Positions 18,339-28,457 are shown, counted from the stretch's first letter. The stretch: DNA of 64,000 nt from Thermodesulfobacteriota bacterium (GCA_963675595.2 CAXXLZ010000002.1:1536001-1600000); one strand, 5' to 3'. Notes: a model not told the origin generated them from the letters alone. A program made the numbers and translations.

Positions 18339-19715
18339 TAGCGGTTTTCAAAATAACGTTCCGATAGCGGCGGTCCGTTTGACCCGATCGGGGTGGTTTA
18401 TGACATCGAGAATGGCGTGATCCAGCCGTTCGAGGAGCTTTTCAACCGTCTTGGAAACATAGTTATTGAACCACTTGGCTTTCATGGTGAGCCAAATTCG
18501 TTCGATGGGATTGAGGTCCGGTGAGTAAGGGGGTAGGAATAGAGGCTCCCATCCATTCCACTTGATGGACCGTTTTCTATGCCGGGCGGCGTTATCCGGA
18601 ACCGGAACGTTGCGGCGGTGCTGCAAAGGGACAAACCGTTCAGCCTCATCCAGGAAAGCCTGGATCGTCTCCGAATCGGAATAGGAGGCCTCAATGGCGA
18701 AGAATTCGCCGGATCGAGGGCAGACCATGCCCACCACGTCCATACGGAGGTGGTCTCCGTTCTTGGTGATCCGGGTTTTGTTGCCTCTTCGATCCCAGCG
18801 GCGCCTGGGTCCGGGGTCTCCTTCAAATCCGGATTCATCGGCAAACCAGACGTCCACGTCCGGATTCTCAAGGAGTTCGGCTATTTGTTTTCGAAAAGCT
18901 TCCCGTTGGGCTTCATCCTGACGGTCCGGCCAAGGTGGAGGCGTTTTCAGGGTGAAGCGGCTTTTATGGGAAAACCGAACGACCGTCTCATAACTGCATT
19001 GGATCTGGTAGCTGTCGCCGATGTGCCCGTGAAAGGCTTTGGCGGTCCAAATCGTTTGTTCGGCTTTTTCCGGTTGTTCGAGAAGCTCGACCAACTCCTT
19101 GGCTTGTTGCCCCCCAAGAATGGCGGTCCGCCCGGGGCGTTTCTTGAGGATGAGTCCGTCTATGCCGCTTTCATTGAAAAGTCCAATCCATTTTCGGAGG
19201 ACTCCCTCCGTCACCAACAAGGCTTCGACCACCTGATGGGTATAGAACGGCTCCACAAAGCTTGGGTCCCAATCATGGCTCCCACAGGGACGGGATTCCG
19301 GTTTCAAGGGAACAACGTGTGTCGGCTCCAGGAGTTCTCGCCGATGCCCTTGATGGTCTTTCCGACCCCCTTTTTTCGTTTGCTCTTTTTGGACTTTTTC
19401 TCAGGATTTTTGAACGAAGAGTCCGAGGACGGAGGCTTGTCGGAGTTCCGGGAATCTCGGTTCAGCCGCGCTTCTATTTTTTTCAATGCGCTGCTGTTTC
19501 CGCTCAAGCAGGCGTCCGTACTCGTCGATCACCTACTGAAGGTGCTCAATATATGGTCGTACCGGCTCGGGAGTAGCCGGCCGATCGGCATCAGAAAACG
19601 GTCTCCTGACTTCCATAAAGGAAGTCAGGCACAGGAAAGGCAAGAGCCTAGATTATGTTCAAATTATTTCAATAGGTTGTGTAGCGCCAGGCGCTTTGCA
19701 AAATCAACCGGTTAC
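18339..19715 (-). mobile_element. chimeric dead element: 5' part of an IS66 (ISBst12-like) joined to 3' part of an IS630
   Basis: GTAACCGGTT end at 19715; MEVRRPFSD...PEPVR, NSDKPPSSD (DUF6444-like) and CG...PFYTHQV (IS66) switch at ~19235 to WFADESG, DNA..H, LPPYSPDLNPIERIW (IS630), ending at TATAGCGGTTTTCA. Confidence 0.75.
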
Positions 19716-19789
19716 GCGAGCAACTCGGTTTCCCGTGAACAGGTACCACACTATAATTTGCTGGCAACCAACCCAATAACGGAGGCGAT

Positions 19790-21604
19790 ATGAAAACACT
19801 GAGAGCGGTTCCGGCCCTAGCTTTGATGTTCGGGGTCCTTTTGATGGTCCCCATGGGATGCAGCAACGGTGACGGTAATTCCCCTGTTACACCCGAGGTT
19901 TCAACTAGAATATATGTAATGACCATAGGATCGGGGGTGCTTGAGCCCGCTTCTGAAAGCGCCGGCGGGGTGACCGCCTCAGACTCCGGAGAGGATGGGG
20001 AATACTTCCTGACTCTAAATAACGTGAAGGAAGATGCTCTTTGGTACACCGACAGACCCGGACGAAAGGCGGGAGAAACATCTATCGGAGACTATGTTGG
20101 TTCGTGGGCCGATATTTATGGTGAAGTGGCTCCCAATACCGCTATGGATGGATACCTGACCGACGCCGTTCACGCCGGCTTGTATTTGAATTTGAAAGAT
20201 CCAATCTATGATTCGGAAACGAATAGCCTCGTGTTTCGGGTGTCGCTGCTTGCCTCTTCAATGGCCGATCCGTATCCCCATGATCCGGTGGCCTTTGACA
20301 ACATCAGGCTGACTGTGTTTGACGACACCCCCGAGGGACAAGTCAATTATTGGTCCTTTGCTCAGGTTGCCCTGGAAAGTGTTCTCGAAGCAACGGGGAC
20401 GGAGGGATTGTATAGGCTTACTTTGAAAGGGGCTTATCCGGAAGTGTTCCAGCTGCAGAATGCGCCGGGTACGCGTTATGAAGTGCTTGATCAAGCGTCT
20501 CTGGAATATAATTGGCCGACTTACTTTGGCGCACAGCCCCCGAACGCTTCTCTGACGGGCGTCAGCCTGGCCGATCCCGGTGCGTTGAAACTGGCCTTTC
20601 TGGAGCTTGACAACCCCTCCCATGACGGCACCAATGTTTACTATGATGCAAGAGCATTGGGCGGGGAGGACTTATCGAATGATTCATTATCCCATCCGGT
20701 ATTGCTGATCGATTCTCTGGACGGTCAGTATCCCGTGTGCCTCCAATCCGGCAATGAAGCCAAGTGTTACGGTAACTGTTTTCCCGATTCGACCAAACTA
20801 TGTTGTCCTAAGCCGGATGACCAGCCGGCTCCCGACTGTGGGAATCCGGATCAACAACCGGATTGGTATCTTTATACGCAATGCAATAACGACCAGAGCG
20901 CCATCTGTACGACTTATCGTCCGCCTACGGGTAAACAGACCAAACTGGTTATTCAGAATGATACGGCGAGCCCCGTGAAACTCTATTTGCAGGTAGGCAG
21001 TCCCTATGCCCAGGATGGCGCTTGCCCGGACTACTGGCCACCCCTTCAATTAAGTGATTATCCCCAATGCACGTCCGATAATATTACGGGGGAAGTTTGC
21101 GAAATGACACTGGCGAAAAAAGGCGACCCGGACGGCAAGGACAAGATTGAGATTCCGGGGGTGGATTACCGCTGCACAAACGGAACCATCACCTTTGAGA
21201 TGAACCCCAACGATACGTGCGGAATGTCTTTAGGGGAGTTCACATTGAATGTCGATCCCAATGCGAATCCGGTTTTGAAGGAAGGGGTCGACATAAGCCT
21301 CGTCAATGGAAATAACGGCAAAATAGTGGTGGAGATGAGCACTCCCGGGTGGCAGGTGCAGAATACATCCAGGTTTGTAACAAGCATCGAAAATTACGAA
21401 ACCGACGCTGAGAATCAAGGTCAAGACGGTGTGTATAACTATCTCTGCGACGCGTGTACCGATAGCCTCAACCCTCCCGACTGTTCAGGCCCATGGAATC
21501 AGAATTGTTCAGCCCAGGCGACATGTAATGTGCTTCGTGACGGAACACAGGAAGGCGGGACAGTGACCTTCCATTGGAAGGGAAATGACTGGAGCGCAAA
21601 CTGA
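19790..21604 (+). CDS. lipoprotein with duplicated N-terminal domain, Cys-rich linker and thaumatin-like C-terminal domain
   Basis: GGAGG RBS; lipobox-like VPMG-C; SLGEFTLN...VDISLVNG resembles thaumatin TLAEFTL...YDVSLVDG; many Cys. Confidence 0.7.
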   Translation: MKTLRAVPALALMFGVLLMVPMGCSNGDGNSPVTPEVSTRIYVMTIGSGVLEPASESAGGVTASDSGEDGEYFLTLNNVKEDALWYTDRPGRKAGETSIGDYVGSWADIYGEVAPNTAMDGYLTDAVHAGLYLNLKDPIYDSETNSLVFRVSLLASSMADPYPHDPVAFDNIRLTVFDDTPEGQVNYWSFAQVALESVLEATGTEGLYRLTLKGAYPEVFQLQNAPGTRYEVLDQASLEYNWPTYFGAQPPNASLTGVSLADPGALKLAFLELDNPSHDGTNVYYDARALGGEDLSNDSLSHPVLLIDSLDGQYPVCLQSGNEAKCYGNCFPDSTKLCCPKPDDQPAPDCGNPDQQPDWYLYTQCNNDQSAICTTYRPPTGKQTKLVIQNDTASPVKLYLQVGSPYAQDGACPDYWPPLQLSDYPQCTSDNITGEVCEMTLAKKGDPDGKDKIEIPGVDYRCTNGTITFEMNPNDTCGMSLGEFTLNVDPNANPVLKEGVDISLVNGNNGKIVVEMSTPGWQVQNTSRFVTSIENYETDAENQGQDGVYNYLCDACTDSLNPPDCSGPWNQNCSAQATCNVLRDGTQEGGTVTFHWKGNDWSAN

Positions 21605-21647
21605 GCGATTCCGTATAGTAAATCCACCTTTATAGTGAATCCTGTTT

Positions 21648-21689
21648 AGGGACTGTAAGGCAATGATGAATTATTGGTTTACAGTCCCT
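21648..21689 (+). terminator. long hairpin downstream of lipoprotein gene
   Basis: agggactgtaa...ttacagtccct 11-bp perfect stem plus inner caatga/ttattg pairing. Confidence 0.5.
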
Positions 21690-21735
21690 TCGCCTGGATT
21701 TAGGCGTCCGTTTATCGCCTTTTGTATCCAAGTTT

Positions 21736-23611
21736 GATGAGTTCGTAAAAACCTCTCCGTAAAGGTATCTAGTTGAAAATATGAATAAAAATGGCATTTA
21801 TGGGTTGACCTTTCTTTTGGGTCCTGTATGATAAGTATCTGACTTGATTAATAATATGGTCCTTAGGGGGGTTGTTTTGTTTCGGCCTAAGAGAACGCAA
21901 AAGACCATTTTCGACCACGATATTTGCCTTCCCGCAGACAGGATCGAGGCGTTGGAGAAGACGTGGGCCGGTCCGTTCCGGCGCCTGGTGCTTCCCATGA
22001 TCGATGAGGAGTCTTTCCGGCCTTTCTACTGTGAGGACAACGGCAGGCCCAACAGACCCGTGGCCATCCTTGTCGGAGCGTGTGTTTTGAAGGAAATGAA
22101 CAGCCTGACCGATGCGGAAGTCTTGGGCGCTCTGGACTTCGATCTGCGTTGGCAATATGCCTTCAACATCAACGCCTTTGAATCTCACGTCTGCCAGAAG
22201 ACCCTGCACAATTTCCGGACCTTGATTACCGACAACAAGCAAGCGCGGAGCCTCTTTACCGGAATCACGGACGCCATCATCGAGACGGCGGCCCTTAGCA
22301 CGGACAAACAGCGGTTGGACTCCACACAGATCACTTCCAACATGGCTCATCTGAGCCGTCTGGGGCTCTTTACGCGCACCATCGAGGCGTTCTTGAAACG
22401 GCTCCATAAGAAACATCCCAAGTTGTATGAGAAACTGCCCCGACTTTACGACAAGGCCTACTTGAAGCGCGCAGGCTATTTTGCCGATGCAAAATCATCG
22501 CGGGCCAAGCGTCGTCTGGACAAGTCCGCCCGCCATCTCGCCGACCTGGTGGACCGCTTCCGAGGTCATCCGGAAATCAGCCGAATGAAAGAATACCGGC
22601 TGATGGCCCGACTACTGTCGGAGCAATGCCGTTTCACCGAGGGAGATCCCGACAAAACAGAACTCGAGAAGCCCAAGGAAATCCCTGCGGACTCCCTGCA
22701 GAATCCTTCGGATCCCGACGCCACCTATGGGCGCAAGGGCAAAGGATATAAGGCTTCCCTCACGGAGACCTGCGTGAAGGAAAATCCCTTCCAGGTGATC
22801 ACCGATGTGGACGTGGCCCCGTCCTATGACAGCGACCAGAAAGACGTGATGCCCGTTATCGAACGCCTGGAGGAAACGGGCCGCAAACCCGAAGAGTTGT
22901 TCGCCGACGCAGGCTACGGCAGCGGCGAGAACATCCTTCAAGCTCACGAGCACGGAGTCGAGCTTACCGCTCCGGTGACTTGCGGAAAAGCGCCGGATCT
23001 CAATAAGATGCAGTTGAGTGACTTTGAAACGAACGAGGACTGCACCCAGGTCGTTTACTGTATCCGGGGGCACGCGCCACTTGAATGCAAGATCGTTGAC
23101 CGCGGCAAAGCGGTGGAAGCCGTGTTTTCCCGCGAGCACTGTCTCCTATGCGAATTTCTCCCCATCTGTCCGGTAAAACGGATCAAGGGCGGAAATTATC
23201 GACTGAAGTACAAGCGCAAGGACATGGCGACCTCCAAGCGCAGACTACAGCAGGAAAGCCATGATTTCAAAGAACGCTACAAAATCCGGTCCGGCATCGA
23301 GGCCACCATCTCCGAAGCGGATCGGGTCACGGGATTGAAACGATCGTGGACCCGAGGCAAAAAACGGGTCACCTTATCTGTTTTCATGAAGGCCCTGGCC
23401 ATCAACATCAAGAGGTTCGTCCAGAGCCGCCTTGATAAGGCCAAGAAGGCCCTTTCCAACTCGATAGAGGGAGGCAGCAACGATAATTTCCGTCGTCTTT
23501 GTAGCCTATGTCACGATGACAGTAACCTTGGCAGTGTTGCAATGGCCGCTTGAACTTCCAATGCTCCAAAAAACAGCCCTGTTCGTAAAGGGGGGTTCTT
23601 ACGACGGCATC
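21736..23611 (+). mobile_element. IS1182/IS5-like element (~1.88 kb)
   Basis: TIRs GATGAGTTCGTAAAAACC / GGTTCTTACGACGGCATC; AAGTTT duplicated at 21730-21735 and 23612-23617. Confidence 0.82.
21844..23553 (+). CDS. IS1182/IS5-like DDE transposase (DUF772 + DDE)
   Basis: GRPN, RLDSTQI, DPDATYG, ADAGYGS and YKIRSGIEATIS motifs. Start uncertain. Confidence 0.88.
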   Translation: MINNMVLRGVVLFRPKRTQKTIFDHDICLPADRIEALEKTWAGPFRRLVLPMIDEESFRPFYCEDNGRPNRPVAILVGACVLKEMNSLTDAEVLGALDFDLRWQYAFNINAFESHVCQKTLHNFRTLITDNKQARSLFTGITDAIIETAALSTDKQRLDSTQITSNMAHLSRLGLFTRTIEAFLKRLHKKHPKLYEKLPRLYDKAYLKRAGYFADAKSSRAKRRLDKSARHLADLVDRFRGHPEISRMKEYRLMARLLSEQCRFTEGDPDKTELEKPKEIPADSLQNPSDPDATYGRKGKGYKASLTETCVKENPFQVITDVDVAPSYDSDQKDVMPVIERLEETGRKPEELFADAGYGSGENILQAHEHGVELTAPVTCGKAPDLNKMQLSDFETNEDCTQVVYCIRGHAPLECKIVDRGKAVEAVFSREHCLLCEFLPICPVKRIKGGNYRLKYKRKDMATSKRRLQQESHDFKERYKIRSGIEATISEADRVTGLKRSWTRGKKRVTLSVFMKALAINIKRFVQSRLDKAKKALSNSIEGGSNDNFRRLCSLCHDDSNLGSVAMAA

Positions 23612-23788
23612 AAGTTTGTATTTCCGGGTATAGACCCCGCGCAAATGACGCATGCTTCTTGAAACAGGTCAAAAGAAGACCTTCCCTGTTGTTCTTATTC
23701 ATAAGCATGTTTCCGCTATATTTCACCCGAAATAACGCATTCTTATCATCCATAATGGGTCGTATGCCTGCCGTTGAGGAGGTCGGAT

Positions 23789-24610
23789 ATGAAAAAAGGG
23801 CTCATGCTTATGTCATTTCTTATGGTGTTCTCAGCTGTGCCGGGTCTTGCCGGTGCGCTGGGCAATCCGACGCAGTTAATCAAACAGAGCGAATTTGCTG
23901 TGGGGTTTCAGTGGAATTCCCGCTTCAAGCAGGGGTTTGAGGATTACCATCTCAACAGAACCTACTCCTACGGAACTCCGGACAGCGAGAGAAAAGGCGC
24001 TGATTTTGAAAACGACCGGTACTACATGGCCACCTTAACCTACGGCATTATCGACCGGCTCAATGTTTTCGCCAAACTTGGTGTTGCGGACGGCGGCACT
24101 TGGCTCGATTATTTTCCCGGCAACACTTGGAAAGGGGACCTGGAAAGTAGTTTCGTCTGGGCCGTCGGCGTCAAGGGAAAACTCTATGAGTTCGACAACG
24201 GCCTTGGATTCGGTCTGGGGGGCCAGTACCTGCGTTATGATAACCGCAAGGTGAACAACTGGCGGTGTACCGACACCGGGGAAACCGCAGCGGATCTGGG
24301 TTGGTCTACCGACGACAGGTTAGATTACTGGCAGCTCGACTTCGTGGCCAACGCCTACTGGACTTTTGGGGCCTTTACGCCTTATGCAGGGGCCGGCTAC
24401 AATTACTCCCATGTCGGCTTCAGCGGAAAATGGACCAACGAGGTCCCCTCTTACGGCTGGGTGAGTTATGATGCATCCTTCAGCAACCAGAATAATTTCA
24501 CGGCCTTGGTGGGCCTGGACGTGGATCTATGCACGAATTTCAGGGCGAACATCCAGGGCACCTTTGTGAGCAGCACCGACTTGGCCATTGGTATCAGCTA
24601 CTGTTTTTGA
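23789..24610 (+). CDS. outer-membrane beta-barrel protein
   Basis: GAGGAGG RBS, signal peptide, alternating aromatic strands (FTPYAGAGYNY) and C-terminal ISYCF (BAM-type terminal Phe). Confidence 0.78.
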   Translation: MKKGLMLMSFLMVFSAVPGLAGALGNPTQLIKQSEFAVGFQWNSRFKQGFEDYHLNRTYSYGTPDSERKGADFENDRYYMATLTYGIIDRLNVFAKLGVADGGTWLDYFPGNTWKGDLESSFVWAVGVKGKLYEFDNGLGFGLGGQYLRYDNRKVNNWRCTDTGETAADLGWSTDDRLDYWQLDFVANAYWTFGAFTPYAGAGYNYSHVGFSGKWTNEVPSYGWVSYDASFSNQNNFTALVGLDVDLCTNFRANIQGTFVSSTDLAIGISYCF

Positions 24611-24645
24611 GATGAAACACGATGCGGAAAATCAAGGAGGATCCC

Positions 24646-26556
24646 GTGAAAGTCAAAATTCTATTGTGCTTGTGCGCGGCATGGTTTGCGATGTTTGGAG
24701 CCGCATCCGCCGGTTCGCAAACCGTGATCACCGAGATTCCGCCTGAGGGCCTCGCGATTACGGAGTCCGGCACCTATTCTTTCGCCAATGACATCGCGTG
24801 GGCGGGACAGGAGTCGGCCCTGGCCGGGATCACTATTATTGACGCGGCGAATGTGGTTCTGGACCTGGGAGGGCACTGTTTATCGGCACCGCGAGATGTT
24901 CGGCTTTCCGGCACCTTCGGAATTGCGGCTCTCGCGGTCCAAAACCTGTCCATAAAGAACGGCACGATAAAGGGGTTCCAGCTGGCCGGCGTCGCTCTGG
25001 GATTATCAGCCGGCGTGACCCTTTCAAACATCGTCATCAGCGATATCGGAAACGGCGTTCCAGGCTATGCGCCCACAGGTCTTTCCGCGACGATGTGTCA
25101 AGACCTCACCTTTAACCAGGTTTCCGTGCTCAACGTCAATGGATCTTCCGAACCGGGCGGCTCCGGGATCGGGATCGTGGCGGGGGTTTCTCTGACTGAG
25201 TGCAAGAACGTTTACTTTGACGGCCGCGTGAGCGGCATAAACGGCTACTCGAGTTTGGTGAGCGGCGTTTTTGGACTCCTCTGTGACGGGATTTCACTGC
25301 AAGAGGCGGTGATCGAATCGGTCAACGGGAGCGCCGGCGCCGTGTCCGGCGCCTCTTTTTTGTTGAGCAGAAACATCAGCGTTGATAAGAGCCTGGTTTC
25401 GAACCTTCACAACGACGCCGGTGTCTGCAGCGGGATCGCCGGGGTCGACAGCCGGCAGATAAATGTCCTCGACACAACGGTCAGCCGATTGTCAACCGGA
25501 TTGATGCCGAACGAGAATGCTCCCGGTCATACCTGCATCGGCATGGTCTTCGCGCCGTTCACGGTCGTGGTGGGTGGCGTGCGCAAGATCAATGTCGTGG
25601 ATAGGGGAGCGCATTACAGCCAACTTCTGCTCCCCACGGTGAAGATCGCCCCCCCACTTGCCGGAGGGGAGACGGCGCACGGTTTTCCGCTTATCGACTC
25701 CGAAGGCGACCTCGACGGGGTCCTGATCCTAAGCCCCGGCTCGGGCTACGATCAGGCGCCGAAGGTGGAAATCGTCCCGAATCCCCTATGGACTGCCGGA
25801 ACCGGCGCAACCGCGACGGCGGAAGTCGGTCACTTCGTGGAGGTGGGCTCTGCCGGCGATATTCTGGTTGAAAAATGCACGATCAGCGATATTACCGGTT
25901 CCTGTGACGACGCACACGGCATCAGCCTTTTCGTGGTATCCAAGTCCACGGTGCGCGAGGTCACCGTGGAAAACGTGACGGACGGACGGGGTGGTCGCGG
26001 CGCCAAGGCCACCGGAATCGAGGTGTATGGCCTGATCAACAACTTGCCGAGCGACATCCTGGTCGAGAATTGCCGGGTACGAAACATATCGGCGATCAGT
26101 CCCGGCGATCTCCAGGCCGCGGGCTACTCCGTCGCGGGTAAGGGCGTAACTTTCTCCAACTGCGAAGCCGACAACATAACCGTCAGCGGGGTAAATCCCG
26201 TGCACCCGGAATCCCCCGGATACGGAATCGGCTTCGCCTGGGCGCCCGACATCCGTGAGCAATACCAATATCCGGCTCTTGATACCAGAATAGAGAACTG
26301 CACGGCGTCAAACTGCCGGCTCGGATTCGATACGTTCTACTTCCAGAATTCCACTTGGAGCAGGTTCAAATCAATCAATAACGGCAGACCTTATAGAGAC
26401 GAACCGACGGGCGCCCTCCGAGTGCTCTACTGCGACGGATGCTCCGAATGCCCCGACGCGCCTCAGAAATCACCGGAAGACTGGTTCAAAGAGGTTCCGC
26501 TGCAAAACACCGCCTCTGGAAACATCATAGAGATGGAGAAACCCAGGATCCGATAG
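24646..26556 (+). CDS. secreted parallel beta-helix (pectin-lyase-fold) protein
   Basis: AAGGAGG + GTG start, signal peptide, ITESGTYSF...NVVLDLGGH...NLSIKNGTIKG beta-helix cap and repeats. Confidence 0.78.
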   Translation: MKVKILLCLCAAWFAMFGAASAGSQTVITEIPPEGLAITESGTYSFANDIAWAGQESALAGITIIDAANVVLDLGGHCLSAPRDVRLSGTFGIAALAVQNLSIKNGTIKGFQLAGVALGLSAGVTLSNIVISDIGNGVPGYAPTGLSATMCQDLTFNQVSVLNVNGSSEPGGSGIGIVAGVSLTECKNVYFDGRVSGINGYSSLVSGVFGLLCDGISLQEAVIESVNGSAGAVSGASFLLSRNISVDKSLVSNLHNDAGVCSGIAGVDSRQINVLDTTVSRLSTGLMPNENAPGHTCIGMVFAPFTVVVGGVRKINVVDRGAHYSQLLLPTVKIAPPLAGGETAHGFPLIDSEGDLDGVLILSPGSGYDQAPKVEIVPNPLWTAGTGATATAEVGHFVEVGSAGDILVEKCTISDITGSCDDAHGISLFVVSKSTVREVTVENVTDGRGGRGAKATGIEVYGLINNLPSDILVENCRVRNISAISPGDLQAAGYSVAGKGVTFSNCEADNITVSGVNPVHPESPGYGIGFAWAPDIREQYQYPALDTRIENCTASNCRLGFDTFYFQNSTWSRFKSINNGRPYRDEPTGALRVLYCDGCSECPDAPQKSPEDWFKEVPLQNTASGNIIEMEKPRIR

Positions 26557-26593
26557 GCCGCTGAGGCCTGGGGGAATACCGGGGTCACAGGTA

Positions 26594-26620
26594 CCGGGCG
26601 GTTTTCAATTCCCCGCCCGG
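26594..26620 (+). terminator. probable intrinsic terminator
   Basis: ccgggcgg-11 nt-ccgcccgg followed by cttt. Confidence 0.45.
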
Positions 26621-26626
26621 CTTTAA

Positions 26627-28457
26627 CTGATCTTTGACAGTTCAAAAAAACTAATGCAGTAATTTCAGCTGCTTATACGAAAAAGAAAGGTTTATGGCAC
26701 TACGTTTTGGTGCTCCTGGAGAGTCTGCAAAGTGGGCGGCGGTTTGAGGCCGACGGCTTGGAAGATGTGGTAGGCGCGGCCCTGGAATTCCGTTCTGAGG
26801 AGGTAGGACTTCTCCGTGACCTGTAGATGGATGGCTTTGAAGGCTTCGAGGTCCAGGAGAACTTGGTCCCAGGGGATGTCGATTTCTTTGGTCTTGAGCG
26901 TTTTCTGCAGCGCGATCTTCAGGTATAGGGCCAGGAAATTGCAGAAGATGTGACCTTGAACGCGTTGACACCGTTGGTGGAACACGGGCCTGACTTCCAG
27001 GGCCGATTTGAGGTCCCGGAAGGCTCTTTCCACCTGCCACAGGCGTTTGTAGGTGACCGCGACTTCATCGGCGGGAATGTCGGTACTGGTGAGGAGAACA
27101 TACTTGCCGTCGAAGCGGGCGTCGTCCTTGACCTTGGCGGGATCGATGCGCACGGTTTCCCGGTCGAGCTTGATGAATTTCCTGAAGCCCTTGTTTCCCA
27201 CCAGAGACTGGGGCCCCTGTTTTTTCAGGGTGGTTTTCAGTTTTTCCACAAGGGCCGATCGGGTGGCCTCGTCTTTGGCCGCTTGGTCTTGGTTGTAACA
27301 GAGGACGTAACGGCATCCGTTCAGATGAATCTCCTTGAACCACAAGGTGGGAGTGAGCGCTTGGTAGTAGCCCGGAGTGTCCACCACTTGGCCTCGGACA
27401 TCCTGGTAACGGCGCATGGGGATGCCCACGATGTAGTCGATACCGGCACGCTCCAGTTCCACCAGATTGTCGACGCCGACCATGCCGCGGTCCGAGACCA
27501 GGACCACGTTGTTCAGGGAGAACCGACGCTTGACCAGGGCGATGATGCGTTTGATGGTGGTGACGTCCGCCGTGTTCCCTTCCCAGAACTGACAGGAAAG
27601 GGGATATCCTTTTCGGGACATGACCACACCCACCAACACCTGTTTGCGGTCTGGACGATGGTCCTTGGAGAACCCGTACCGAGCCAACTCGGCAGGCCCC
27701 CGGCCCTCGAAGTAGACCGAGGTGGTGTCGAAGAAAACGAGATCCACCCCGTAATCGAAGAGGTCGCGCCCCCGACGGAAAAGTTCCTTCTCGATTTCGG
27801 GCTGATATTCGGCCAGGAAATCCATGGATCGATAGAGGTGCTGAAGTTCCAGGTCGTCAAAGCCTTCACCGTGGACGTTCTGAATCCAACGGCTCGCGGC
27901 GAGATCGGATCCCGGACGGACCAAGCGTTGGCAGACACAGGCAAAGACCGCGCGCTCCAGATCGAAGCGATAATCGGAGCGAGAAGCGAGAGATCGGAGT
28001 ACCACATCGAGCCCCAAGGTCTTCCAGAGTTTCTCGATCACCAGAACGGTTCCCCAGGACTTGGCCCAGTCTGCCTTGACACTACCTTCCTTATAAAGAT
28101 TGATGACTTGATTCCGGGTGGAGAACTTGGCGAGACTGGTAAGAACCCCGTCCAAGGCACCCGATTCACGGAGCTTGTCGAGACGACCCAGTGTACATAT
28201 AACTTTCTGTTTTACCTTCTTATCCTGGCGATAGTTCTCCACGATCTGAAGATATTCATGCTCGGATCCGCCGCTTTTGACCTTTTTGACGCGTGCAAAC
28301 ATGAAACAAATTGTACGGAATACAGGTCGGCGGAGTCAAGGAAAACATCGGACATATTGGCACTACGTTTGGAGCCTCGGAAAAAGGCCAGCCTAATCAT
28401 TTCGGTAAGTTAGGCGGGAGAGGCCCACTTTTTCACCCTCCAACTGTCAAAGATGAG
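26627..28457 (-). mobile_element. IS1634-family element, copy 2 (1831 bp)
   Basis: Same TIRs as copy 1 in opposite orientation; TSD TTTAA at 26622-26626 and 28458-28462. Confidence 0.92.
26692..28302 (-). CDS. IS1634-family transposase
   Basis: 536 aa, 8 substitutions relative to 8228-9838. Confidence 0.93.
   Translation of the reverse strand: MFARVKKVKSGGSEHEYLQIVENYRQDKKVKQKVICTLGRLDKLRESGALDGVLTSLAKFSTRNQVINLYKEGSVKADWAKSWGTVLVIEKLWKTLGLDVVLRSLASRSDYRFDLERAVFACVCQRLVRPGSDLAASRWIQNVHGEGFDDLELQHLYRSMDFLAEYQPEIEKELFRRGRDLFDYGVDLVFFDTTSVYFEGRGPAELARYGFSKDHRPDRKQVLVGVVMSRKGYPLSCQFWEGNTADVTTIKRIIALVKRRFSLNNVVLVSDRGMVGVDNLVELERAGIDYIVGIPMRRYQDVRGQVVDTPGYYQALTPTLWFKEIHLNGCRYVLCYNQDQAAKDEATRSALVEKLKTTLKKQGPQSLVGNKGFRKFIKLDRETVRIDPAKVKDDARFDGKYVLLTSTDIPADEVAVTYKRLWQVERAFRDLKSALEVRPVFHQRCQRVQGHIFCNFLALYLKIALQKTLKTKEIDIPWDQVLLDLEAFKAIHLQVTEKSYLLRTEFQGRAYHIFQAVGLKPPPTLQTLQEHQNVVP

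Noticed and set aside
26950-28413. Long antisense ORFs (e.g. 487 aa here, 15264-16688, 32060-33511, 18579-19793, 56185-57249)
   Set aside because: Shadow frames of GC-rich real genes or transposases, with no recognisable motifs.
8073-28457. Composite transposon bounded by the two IS1634 copies
   Set aside because: Each copy has its own distinct TSD (TCAAA, TTTAA), indicating independent insertions.
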